Source: Vicinamibacteria bacterium
Lineage (GTDB): Bacteria; Acidobacteriota; Vicinamibacteria; Marinacidobacterales; Marinacidobacteraceae
Assembly (NCBI GenBank): GCA_963668695.2
Contig: CAXXLQ010000004.1
Coordinates: forward strand, 1,472,001-1,536,000
Direction: 5' to 3'
DNA: 64,000 nucleotides
The position numbers and the translations under genes were made by a program. Positions within the stretch are counted from its first letter, which is position 1; the number at the start of each line of letters is the position of its first letter. Below the pieces are notes generated by a model. That model was given only the letters and a program-made list of their open reading frames with translations, ran no database searches and was not told the DNA's origin. This document shows, one piece after another, positions 8,614-17,415 of the stretch.

Positions 8614-9681
8614 GTGCGGACATCCGACTTCGCGTTCGACCTGCCCGCGGAACTCGTCGCCCAGGAACCGCCCACCGCGCGAAGCGACGCCCGCCTGCTG
8701 CACCTCGGCGCAGGTGGCCGGGCGGCGCACCGGAGATTTCCGGACCTTCCGGCGCTGCTACGGCCGGGGGACCTCCTGGTCCGGAACGTCACGCGGGTGA
8801 TTCCCGCGCGCGTTCCGGCCCACAAAGAGGTTGGCGGCGGGGGCGTCGAAGTGCTGATCCTTCCGGAGGAGGCAGCTCCGCGCGACCTTTTTCGCGCCCT
8901 GACCCGGCCGGCGCTCCGCCCGGGCGTGCGGCTCGTTGCTGGCGAAGGGGAAACCGTGCGTCTCGAGGTCGGTGAGGACCTTGGGGGCGGGCAGCGCCGG
9001 ATCCGGATTCTTTCGGGGGCGAAAGACCTGTTCGAGCTCGCCGGCAAGGTGGGCCGTACTCCGCTGCCGCCCTACATCCGCCGGGATCCACCGGGTTCGG
9101 AAGCACCGGGCGGCACCGACCGGGAGCGGTATCAGACGGTGTACGCTCGTTCCCCCGGTTCGGTCGCCGCTCCGACCGCCGGACTTCATTTCGATCTGCC
9201 CATGTTCGGGCGGCTGCAGGAGCGCGGGATAGCGGTGGCGGACCTCGTGCTGCATGTGGGGTACGGCACGTTCGCACCGGTGCGCGTGGAGGATCCTCGG
9301 GAACACGTATTGGCGGCCGAACGATTCTCGGTTCCGCCGGAGACCAGCCACGCCGTCCTTTCCCAACTGGCTGAGGGGCGGCGCGTCGTCGCAGTGGGGA
9401 CCACGACGGTGCGGGTGCTGGAGACGCCCGGGGTGCTCGAGCGCGGCGCGGGCGCCGGCGAGACCTCCCTGCTCATCCTTCCGGGTCACCGCTTCCGCGT
9501 GGTGTCCGCGATGCTGACCAACTTCCATCTGCCCGAGAGTTCGCTTCTCATGCTGGTCGCCGCGTTCGGCGGGACCGAAGCGGTGCTCGACGCCTATCGC
9601 GAGGCGGTCCGGGAGCGGTACCGCTTTTACTCCTACGGCGATGCCATGTTCGTGGAGAAGGGCGCGGCCGGGCCCCCGTAG
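8614..9681 (+). CDS. queA: S-adenosylmethionine:tRNA ribosyltransferase-isomerase QueA
   Basis: GTG start giving MRTSDFAFDLPAELVAQ; PLPPYI, RYQTVYA, AAPTAGLHF, TNFHLP, FYSYGDAM. Confidence 0.97.
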   Translation: MRTSDFAFDLPAELVAQEPPTARSDARLLHLGAGGRAAHRRFPDLPALLRPGDLLVRNVTRVIPARVPAHKEVGGGGVEVLILPEEAAPRDLFRALTRPALRPGVRLVAGEGETVRLEVGEDLGGGQRRIRILSGAKDLFELAGKVGRTPLPPYIRRDPPGSEAPGGTDRERYQTVYARSPGSVAAPTAGLHFDLPMFGRLQERGIAVADLVLHVGYGTFAPVRVEDPREHVLAAERFSVPPETSHAVLSQLAEGRRVVAVGTTTVRVLETPGVLERGAGAGETSLLILPGHRFRVVSAMLTNFHLPESSLLMLVAAFGGTEAVLDAYREAVRERYRFYSYGDAMFVEKGAAGPP

Positions 9682-9762
9682 AATTTGGCCGAGCATCATT
9701 GCCCGGGGAACGTCGCCAGGTCTCGGAGCGCCCCTGGGCCCAGCCGGGACGAGGGCCTTCCA

Positions 9763-10164
9763 ATGAAACGTTTACGAGTCGGCAGTGGGGTCTCGTGGGA
9801 GACCGAATTCGGCTACTCCCGGGCGACCAGGGTGGGCGACCGCATCCTCGTTTCGGGAACGACCGCGACCGGACCCGATGGGCCGGTGGCAATCGGCGAC
9901 CCGGAGGCCCAGACGCGATTCGCGCTGGAGAAGGTCCGCACCGCGGTCGAGGCGCTCGGCGGCAGTCTCGATGAGGTGGTGCGAACCCGGATCCATGTGA
10001 AACCGGGGGTCGATTGGGAAGCCGTGGCCAAAGTCCACGGGGAGTTCTTCGCGGCCGTCCGTCCGGCTTGCACGCTCACCTACGCGGATCTGGTCGGGGA
10101 GGAATACCTTGTCGAAATCGAGGTGGAAGCGGTGGTCGGCTGCGCCGCTCCGGAGGACGTATGA
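9763..10164 (+). CDS. RidA/YjgF family protein
   Basis: WETEFGYSRATRVG..ILVSGTT...VVRTRI...RPACT...LVEIEVEA. Confidence 0.9.
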   Translation: MKRLRVGSGVSWETEFGYSRATRVGDRILVSGTTATGPDGPVAIGDPEAQTRFALEKVRTAVEALGGSLDEVVRTRIHVKPGVDWEAVAKVHGEFFAAVRPACTLTYADLVGEEYLVEIEVEAVVGCAAPEDV

Positions 10165-13100
10165 CGCTCGCGTGTCCGGAAGCGTCGCCGGGGCGGCCGG
10201 CGGCGCGATGCCGCCCGGTTCACCTCGCGCCGGGCATCCTGGTTTTGTTGGCGATGGCGGCGGCCTCCGCCGCGGCGCAGGGGCCGGTGCGCAGAGCGGA
10301 GGTTCCCGAGGGATTTGGGGTGCCCGCCCAGGTTCTCGAGGACATTGATTTCCGGATGGTGGGGCCCGCGCGCGGCGGGCGAGTGACGACGGTCACCGGG
10401 ATCCCGGACGAGCCCCACGTGTTCTACCTGGGCTCGACCGGTGGCGGGGTGTGGAAGACGGTGAACGCCGGAGTCTCGTGGACGAACCTTTCCGATGACG
10501 ACTTCGCGGTCGGCTCCATCGGCGCGGTGGCTGTTGCGCCTTCCGATTCCAACGTCATCTACGTCGGGACCGGCTCCGCCTGCCCGCGGGGCAACATCTC
10601 GGTCGGCAACGGCGTCTACCGCAGCACCGACGGCGGAAGGTCCTGGGCCCATGCGGGGCTTGAGGCCGCCGGACTCATCGGCCGGATCGTGGTGGACCCG
10701 GACGATCCGGATCGGGCCTTCGTGGCTGTTCTCGGTCAGATTTTCGGCCGTTCACCGGAGCGGGGGGTCTATCGCACCGAGGATGGAGGGAGCACCTGGT
10801 CCGCGGTGCTCCAGATTTCCGATGCGACGGGAGCGGTGGAGCTTGCGATGAACCCGGCGAATCCGCGGGAGTTGTTCGCCGCCATGTGGCAAGCCGAGCG
10901 GAAACCGTGGACCCTCATTGACGGCGGCGCGGAGGGCGGCCTCTACCGAACCCGGGACGGCGGAGATTCGTGGGAACTGGTTGGAGGCGGGCTTCCGGAG
11001 GCTTCCGAGGACACCCCGGTGGGCCGCATCGGAGTGTCCATCGCCGCTTCGGACCCCCGTCGCGTGTACGCGCTCGTCACCGCCGCGGAGGAGCGGGGCG
11101 GTCTCTACCGGAGCGACGACGGCGGGGACACCTGGACGCGGGTGAACGGGGACCGCCGCTTCCGGGCGCGCGGCTGGTACTACAGCCACGTGGTCGCCGA
11201 CCCCACGGATCCGGACACGGTGTACGTCCTCAACGCTCCGTTCCTGAAGTCGGTGGACGCGGGCAAGTCTTTCGAGTCCGTCCGCGTTCCGCACGGGGAC
11301 AACCACGACCTGTGGATCAATCCGAACGACTCCCGGATCATGGTGGAGGCGAACGACGGGGGCGCGGTGGTCACGCTCGACGGGGGTGAGAACTGGTCCT
11401 CCATCCGCAACCAGCCCACCGCCGAGTTCTATCGCCTCACCGTGGATGAGGAGTTCCCCCGGCGGCTCTACGGAGCTCAGCAGGACAACTCGACCATCAG
11501 CGTGCCCGCGTGGAGCGACAGCGGTCTCTCACCCGAGGCCCACTGGCTGGACGTGGCCGGAGGCGAGAGCGGGCACATCGCCGTGACCCCGGGCAGACCC
11601 GAGCTGACCTACGCCGGGAACTACATCGGGCAGATCGACCGGCAGGACCGTGAGGAGGCCGGGGCCCGGAACGTGATCGTTTATCCCGAGATGGCCGACG
11701 GGGTGGCCCCGCGGGACCTGAACTACCGTTTCCAGTGGAACGCTCCCATTCTGGTGTCCCGGCACGACCCCGAGGTCGTGTTCCACACCTCCAACTACGT
11801 CCATCGAACCAGTGATGGCGGCCTGTCGTGGGTGACCGTTTCGCCCGACCTGACCGTGGGCGATCCCGAAAAGGGGGCGCTGCCGGGGGGGCCGGTGCAG
11901 CATGACCACACCGGCGTCGAGGTGTACGGGACGGTCTTCGCGCTAGCCGAATCTCCCCGAGTGGCCGGAGTGCTGTGGGCCGGAACCGACGACGGCCGGG
12001 TCCACCTCTCCGGGAACGGAGGCGACGCCTGGACCGAAGTGACTCCGCCCGAGATGCCCGAGGGCGGCACGGTGAACAGTGTGGACGCCTCTATGCACCA
12101 CGACGGCGGCGCGCTGCTCGCCGTCCAGCGATACCGGGAGAACGACTTCGAGCCGTACGTCTTCCGCACCACGGATCTGGGGGCGACGTGGACGCGCCTT
12201 GGAGGCGACGGTGGGATACCGGCTGGTCACTCGGTGCGCGTCGTCCGGGAGGATCCCCAGAGCGAGAGCATCCTCTATCTGGGCACCGAATTCGGGCTCT
12301 TCCTGAGTCTGGACGGGGGCGCCCGCTTCGTCCCTTTCGGGGACCTGCCGGCGACCCCCATCACGGACCTGCAAGTGGCCGGTGACGAGTTGCTGGTCGC
12401 CACGCAGGGCCGCTCCTTCTGGGTGCTCGACGACCTCACGCCGGTGCGGGCGCTGGCGGGCCGCTCCTGGGACGCCTCCGCGCTACTACCGGCAGGAACG
12501 GCGGTACGACTGGCTACCGGCGGGGGTCGGCCCTTTCGCGGTCCGGGGGCTCCGGAGAACCGTCCGTCGGGGGCGCTCCTTCACTATTTCCTGCCCGACG
12601 ATCTTGAAGACGGCGACGAGCTCCGCGTCACGGTTCGGGACGCGGGCGGCCACGTGGTCCGGGAGTTGGTGCGGAAGCCGGCGCCGGGCGCGGAGCGCGA
12701 CAGGTCCCCGGATGAGCGTCCGACTCCCGACGCCGTACTGGAAGGCGAATCCGGGCTTCACCGGATCGCCTGGGATCTGAAGTACCGGCGTCCCGAGCTG
12801 CTGAAGGGCGCGGTCATGTCCATTTCCTATACGGGTGGCGCGTTCGTCCAGCCGGGGACCTACACCGCCTCGCTGTCCTTCCAGAAGGACGGCGGCGACG
12901 TTGCCGGCGGCGAAGTGGCCGGCGGCGATCCCGTCCGGTTCGAGGTGCTGAAGGACCCCCGCGTGACCGCCACGGACGACGATCTTCGCCAACAGCACGA
13001 TCTCGTGCGTCAGGCGCAAGCGCTTCTCGAACGGGTGCACGAGCGCATCGGCGCGCTCCGGGATGCCCGCGACCAGTTGGAAGCGGTCGAAAAACGGGCG

Positions 13101-13451
13101 CGGCAGCCGGACCTCTGGACCGATGCTCTGGAGGAGCAGGCCGAGGCCCTGAGCAAAGGTCTGACCGAGGTCGAGGAGGAACTGATCCAGCCGAAGAACG
13201 AGTCCGGTCAGGACCCCATCAACTTCCCCCCGAAGCTGGACAACCAGATCGCCTATCTCTACGGGCACGTCGCGCGGAACTACGGCCGCCCCACCGGAGG
13301 CTCATTCGAGCGCTTCCGGGACCTGGAAGAGGAAGCGGCACCGCATCTCGAACGGCTCGCGTCCCTCCTCGGCGCGGGGGTGGCCGACCTGAACCGGGCG
13401 CTTGAAGAAGCGGGAGTGACGGGGGCGATTCTCGCCGCGCCACCCCGTTGA
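10161..13451 (+). CDS. Secreted VPS10/BNR-repeat beta-propeller glycosyl hydrolase-like protein
   Basis: Signal peptide; many Asp-box repeats (S/T-x-D-G-G-x-T/S-W); GGRVTTV, DNHDLWINP, GAQQDN, RFQWNAPI; ATGA overlap with the RidA gene. Confidence 0.9.
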   Translation: MTLACPEASPGRPAARCRPVHLAPGILVLLAMAAASAAAQGPVRRAEVPEGFGVPAQVLEDIDFRMVGPARGGRVTTVTGIPDEPHVFYLGSTGGGVWKTVNAGVSWTNLSDDDFAVGSIGAVAVAPSDSNVIYVGTGSACPRGNISVGNGVYRSTDGGRSWAHAGLEAAGLIGRIVVDPDDPDRAFVAVLGQIFGRSPERGVYRTEDGGSTWSAVLQISDATGAVELAMNPANPRELFAAMWQAERKPWTLIDGGAEGGLYRTRDGGDSWELVGGGLPEASEDTPVGRIGVSIAASDPRRVYALVTAAEERGGLYRSDDGGDTWTRVNGDRRFRARGWYYSHVVADPTDPDTVYVLNAPFLKSVDAGKSFESVRVPHGDNHDLWINPNDSRIMVEANDGGAVVTLDGGENWSSIRNQPTAEFYRLTVDEEFPRRLYGAQQDNSTISVPAWSDSGLSPEAHWLDVAGGESGHIAVTPGRPELTYAGNYIGQIDRQDREEAGARNVIVYPEMADGVAPRDLNYRFQWNAPILVSRHDPEVVFHTSNYVHRTSDGGLSWVTVSPDLTVGDPEKGALPGGPVQHDHTGVEVYGTVFALAESPRVAGVLWAGTDDGRVHLSGNGGDAWTEVTPPEMPEGGTVNSVDASMHHDGGALLAVQRYRENDFEPYVFRTTDLGATWTRLGGDGGIPAGHSVRVVREDPQSESILYLGTEFGLFLSLDGGARFVPFGDLPATPITDLQVAGDELLVATQGRSFWVLDDLTPVRALAGRSWDASALLPAGTAVRLATGGGRPFRGPGAPENRPSGALLHYFLPDDLEDGDELRVTVRDAGGHVVRELVRKPAPGAERDRSPDERPTPDAVLEGESGLHRIAWDLKYRRPELLKGAVMSISYTGGAFVQPGTYTASLSFQKDGGDVAGGEVAGGDPVRFEVLKDPRVTATDDDLRQQHDLVRQAQALLERVHERIGALRDARDQLEAVEKRARQPDLWTDALEEQAEALSKGLTEVEEELIQPKNESGQDPINFPPKLDNQIAYLYGHVARNYGRPTGGSFERFRDLEEEAAPHLERLASLLGAGVADLNRALEEAGVTGAILAAPPR

Positions 13452-13471
13452 CCTGGGCGAACGCGGGGCAA

Positions 13472-13922
13472 GGGACCGCCGACCTCCAGGTCGGCACCGC
13501 GGCCCGCGGGGCCGCGAGACGGCGCAGTGCCGTAATCCTGGATGGTTCCCGTGTCGGCGTGCTCTCAGTGGGCGGGGTGGCGCGCAGGCCAGGGACCGCC
13601 GGTCTCCGACCGGCATCGCGCGGGAGCGCGAAACCAGCGCCGATGACACTGCGCCATACCAACGTGAGTGCCGCACCCTCTCCAATGACCATGGTTGTGG
13701 GCGCAATGACCATGGCTTCCCAATTGACCATGGCTCCGAGCCGAAATGACCATGGCTCGTGGCCGCAGGGACCGGATTTCCGCCCGCAGGCAACAGATCG
13801 GCCACCTTCGGACCAGAGGCGCAGATAGGTCACTCACGGCGCTCCACCCTTCCCCCACGGGCCATGACTTTCGCCGCCCTAGCCTAGCGGGCGGCGGTGC
13901 CGGTCTGAAGACCGGCGGTCCC
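13472..13922. repeat. Cluster of three REP-like palindromes between convergent genes
   Basis: GGGACC-GCCGACCTCCAGGTCGGC (13472), GGGACC-GCCGGTCTCCGACCGGC (13592) and inverted GCCGGTCTGAAGACCGGC-GGTCCC (13896-13922). Confidence 0.75.
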
Positions 13923-13933
13923 TGTCCGGCGGG

Positions 13934-15094
13934 TCATTCGTCCGTCGGATCCGGCAGGTCCTCCAGCAAGCCCTCGCGGTAGGGGAAGAGGGCCGGGGTG
14001 CCGCCGGTGTGGAGGAAGACGACGGTGTCGTCAGCGCTGAAACGGCCGCTCTCAATGAGGTCCAGGAGTCCGGTCATCGCCTTCCCGGTATAGACCGGAT
14101 CGAGCAGGATGCCCTCGGTGCGGGCGGTCAGCGCGATGGCTTCCACGACTCCCGGGTTCAGGATTCCGTACCCCTCGCCGAAGTACTCGTCGTGGACCAC
14201 CACGTCCCCGGGCCCGATCTCCACGTCGAGTCCCATCGCCTGGACCGTCTCCCGGGCGATGGCAAGGACGTTCTCTTCTCCGACGGCCTTGCTGCGGCCG
14301 GTGCTGATCCCGATGATCCGGACCTCGGGGGCGAGCGCCTTGGCTCCGACCACGAGTCCGGCCTGGGTGCTGCCCGAGCCGGAGGCGTGAACGACATGGG
14401 TGATCGTCACGCCGGCTTCGCGAGCCTGTGCCAGCAACTCCCGGAAACCGTCGGCGTAGGCGATGGATCCCAGCGGAAGTCCCATGGAGCCCCCGGTATG
14501 GGAGCCGCCGACCGAGACCACGTAGGGATTCCGCCCGGACTCACGTTCCGCGGCGGCGATCTCCGCGACCATCGCTTCCTGGTCTTCGTCCGGTTCGATG
14601 ATGCGCACGTCCGCGCCCAGGATCCGGTCGAGCAGCAGATTCCCGTCCGCCGGTGCGATCGACTGATCCTCTCGCCGCTGCAGGACGAGGATGGGATCCA
14701 TTCCCAGCCGCCGGGAGCCGGCGGCGGTCATCCGCGCCCAGTTGGACTGCACTCCCGCCCAGGTGATGACGCTGTCGCTGCCCTTGGCGACCGCGTCGGC
14801 GAGGATGAAGTCGAGTTTTCGCGCTTTGTTGCCGCCGAAGGCGAGCCCCGTCTGGTCGTCCCGCTTGACGAAGAGGCGGGGCCCGCCGAGTTCGGCGGCG
14901 AGGGTCGGCATCTCCTCGAACGGAGTCGGCAGGTGGGCGAGCGGCTGCCGCTCGAACTGGCTCAGTGCCTCGTCGAAGACGGTCATGGGGTCGGTCGTGT
15001 CTCCTTCCAGGTCGCCGGCGCCGCCGCATGATGCGAGGACGACAGCTGAGAGTGCGGCAACGGCGGCAAGAACGGAAAAACGGAGTGCGTTCAT
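13934..15094 (-). CDS. D-cysteine desulfhydrase family PLP enzyme with predicted lipoprotein signal peptide
   Basis: LPTP, FVKRDD, GGNKARKL, QSNW, SGSGSTQAGL, LLDPVYTGKA, FLHTGG; GGAGG before ATG 15094; N-terminus ...AVVLASC. Confidence 0.9.
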   Translation of the reverse strand: MNALRFSVLAAVAALSAVVLASCGGAGDLEGDTTDPMTVFDEALSQFERQPLAHLPTPFEEMPTLAAELGGPRLFVKRDDQTGLAFGGNKARKLDFILADAVAKGSDSVITWAGVQSNWARMTAAGSRRLGMDPILVLQRREDQSIAPADGNLLLDRILGADVRIIEPDEDQEAMVAEIAAAERESGRNPYVVSVGGSHTGGSMGLPLGSIAYADGFRELLAQAREAGVTITHVVHASGSGSTQAGLVVGAKALAPEVRIIGISTGRSKAVGEENVLAIARETVQAMGLDVEIGPGDVVVHDEYFGEGYGILNPGVVEAIALTARTEGILLDPVYTGKAMTGLLDLIESGRFSADDTVVFLHTGGTPALFPYREGLLEDLPDPTDE

Positions 15095-15156
15095 GGGCGA
15101 GCCTCCAGAACGGGCGAGTTTATGGCCGGGAGCCGGCGACGGCCGCGGGATTGTTG

Positions 15157-15264
15157 CTAGTAGCAATAACCGGGTCTGCCCCTGCGAACTGGGGGCGATC
15201 CGCCGGTTTTCGGACTGCTACTAGGTGCTCTGGCCGGGTCGGTGGGACTGCTACTAGTAGCAGT
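15157..15264. repeat. CTAG-bounded mini inverted-repeat element and adjacent 18-bp perfect palindrome
   Basis: CTAGTAGCAAT...ACTGCTACTAG (15157-15224); ACTGCTACTAGTAGCAGT (15247-15264). Confidence 0.7.
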
Positions 15265-15280
15265 AACCGGGTCTGCTGCT

Positions 15281-15684
15281 CCGGAACTGGGTGCGATAAC
15301 CGGCTCGGCTGGCCGGAACTGGGTGCGATAACCGGCTCGGCTGGCCGGAACTGGGTGCGATAACCGGCTCGGCTGGCCGGAACTGGGTGCGATAACCGGC
15401 TCGGCTGGCCGGAACTGGGTGCGATAACCGGCTCGGCTGGCCGGAACTGGGTGCGATAACCGGCTCGGCTGGCCGGAACTGGGTGCGATAACCGGCTCGG
15501 CTGGCCGGAACTGGGTGCGATAACCGGCTCGGCTGGCCGGAACTGGGTGCGATAACCGGCTCGGCTGGCCGGAACTGGGTGCGATAACCGGCTCGGCTGG
15601 CCGGAACTGGGTGCGATAACCGGTTCGGCTGGCCGGAACTGGGTGCGATAACCGGCTCGGCTGGCCGGAACTGGGTGCGCTAAC
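15281..15684. repeat. Tandem array of a 32-bp unit, about 12.6 copies
   Basis: CCGGAACTGGGTGCGATAACCGGCTCGGCTGG with period 32 from 15281 to 15665; nearly invariant; no spacers. Confidence 0.97.
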
Positions 15685-15767
15685 GGAGTCTGCTGGAGTC
15701 GTCGTGTCGCTCGCGGCGGTCGGCGCTCGAGCCCTCACTAGAATCATGCCGTTTCAGGAACCTCTGT

Positions 15768-17375
15768 TTGGCCCGGCTCAAATCCCACATCTCGACGGAA
15801 TCCGACGAATTCCGGGCCAACGAGGCCCACAACCGCCAGCTCTCAGAGACCCTGCAGGCCCGGATGGCCGAAGCCCGCAAGGGTGGCAGCGGCCGGGCGC
15901 GGACGCGCCATGCGGAACAGGGAAAGCTCTTTGTCCGCGAGCGAATCGAACGGCTCTCCGATCCGGATTCACCGTTCCTCGAGATCGGGCCGCTCGCCGC
16001 CCACGAATGCTACGACGCCCCCACCCCGGCCGCCGGTCTGGTGGCGGGAGTGGCTTCGATTTCGGGACGGCTCGCCATGGTGGTCGCGAACGATGCCACC
16101 GTGAAGGGTGGGACCTACTACCCGCTCACGGTCAAAAAACACCTCCGCGCCCAGGAAATCGCGGCCCGCTGCGAACTCCCGTGCGTGTATCTGGTGGATA
16201 GCGGCGGGGCGTTCCTGCCCCTCCAGGCCGAGGTCTTCCCCGACCGGGATCACTTCGGGCGGATCTTTCGCAACCAGGCGGTGATGAGCGCCCGGGGCAT
16301 TCCGCAGTTCGCGGCAGTCATGGGCATGTGCACGGCGGGCGGTGCCTACGTCCCGGCGATGAGCGACGAAGCGGTGATCGTCTCGGGAACGGGGACCATC
16401 TACCTTGGAGGTCCGCCGCTCGTGAAGGCCGCGACCGGCGAGGAGGTGAGCCCCGAGGAACTCGGAGGCGCCCGGATCCACACCGAACGCTCCGGGGTGG
16501 CCGACCATCTTGCGGAGGATGATCACGCGGCGATCCGGCTTCTCCGCGAATCGGTCGGGCGACTGCCCATCGGGTCCCAAGAGCCGATCCGCGACGCCGA
16601 TCCCGAACTACCCGACTACCCGGAAGAGGAAATCCTGGGCATCTGGCCCCGGGACCGCCGGGTCCGGGTGGACATTCGCGAAACCCTCGCCCGGCTGCTC
16701 GATGGCAGCCGCCTCGATGAGTTCAAGGCGCGCTACGGCACGACGCTGGTGACGGGGTTCGGCCGGATCGAAGGCATCACCGTAGGGGTCGTGGCCAGTA
16801 ACGGTGTCCTCTTCAGCGAGAGCGGCCTGAAGGGCGCCCACTTCGTTCAGCTCTGCGCTCGCGAGGGCTTGCCGCTGCTCTTCGTCCAGGACATCACCGG
16901 GTTCATGGTCGGGGCGCGCTATGAGCAGGGTGGGATCGCCAAGGACGGGGCCAAGATGGTGAACGCGGTGGCGACCGCGGAGGTCCCGAAGATCACCCTG
17001 ATCGCCGGTGGAAGCTTCGGGGCGGGCAACTACGCCATGTGCGGGCGCGCCTACGATCCGACCTTCGTCTGGTCGTGGCCATCGAGCCGCATTTCGGTGA
17101 TGGGCGGCGAACAGGCCGCGTCCGTCCTGGTCCAGGTCAAGCGCGACCAGCGCGAGCGCGCCGGGGAGCAGTTGACAAGCGCCGAGGCCGAGGAGATTGC
17201 CGCCCCCGTGCGCGAAAAGTACGAGCGCGAGGGCAGCCCCTACTACGCGACGGCGCGCCTTTGGGACGACGGCTTGGTGGACATGCGGAACACGCGCCGG
17301 ACGCTCGCTCTGAGCCTGGCGGCCGCCGCGAATGCGCCCGTGCCGCAATCCCGGCACGGCATCTTCCGGATGTAG
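15768..17375 (+). CDS. Methylcrotonyl-/geranyl-CoA carboxylase beta (carboxyltransferase) subunit
   Basis: [58 protein letters not shown]. Confidence 0.95.
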   Translation: MARLKSHISTESDEFRANEAHNRQLSETLQARMAEARKGGSGRARTRHAEQGKLFVRERIERLSDPDSPFLEIGPLAAHECYDAPTPAAGLVAGVASISGRLAMVVANDATVKGGTYYPLTVKKHLRAQEIAARCELPCVYLVDSGGAFLPLQAEVFPDRDHFGRIFRNQAVMSARGIPQFAAVMGMCTAGGAYVPAMSDEAVIVSGTGTIYLGGPPLVKAATGEEVSPEELGGARIHTERSGVADHLAEDDHAAIRLLRESVGRLPIGSQEPIRDADPELPDYPEEEILGIWPRDRRVRVDIRETLARLLDGSRLDEFKARYGTTLVTGFGRIEGITVGVVASNGVLFSESGLKGAHFVQLCAREGLPLLFVQDITGFMVGARYEQGGIAKDGAKMVNAVATAEVPKITLIAGGSFGAGNYAMCGRAYDPTFVWSWPSSRISVMGGEQAASVLVQVKRDQRERAGEQLTSAEAEEIAAPVREKYEREGSPYYATARLWDDGLVDMRNTRRTLALSLAAAANAPVPQSRHGIFRM

Positions 17376-17415
17376 GCGTCCGGGAACGCGTGGCACCGGC
17401 ATCGTGAAGCCGCCA

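Noticed and set aside
15281-15684. CRISPR array (32-bp repeats)
   Set aside because: Units are directly adjacent with no unique spacers, and there are no cas genes in the window.
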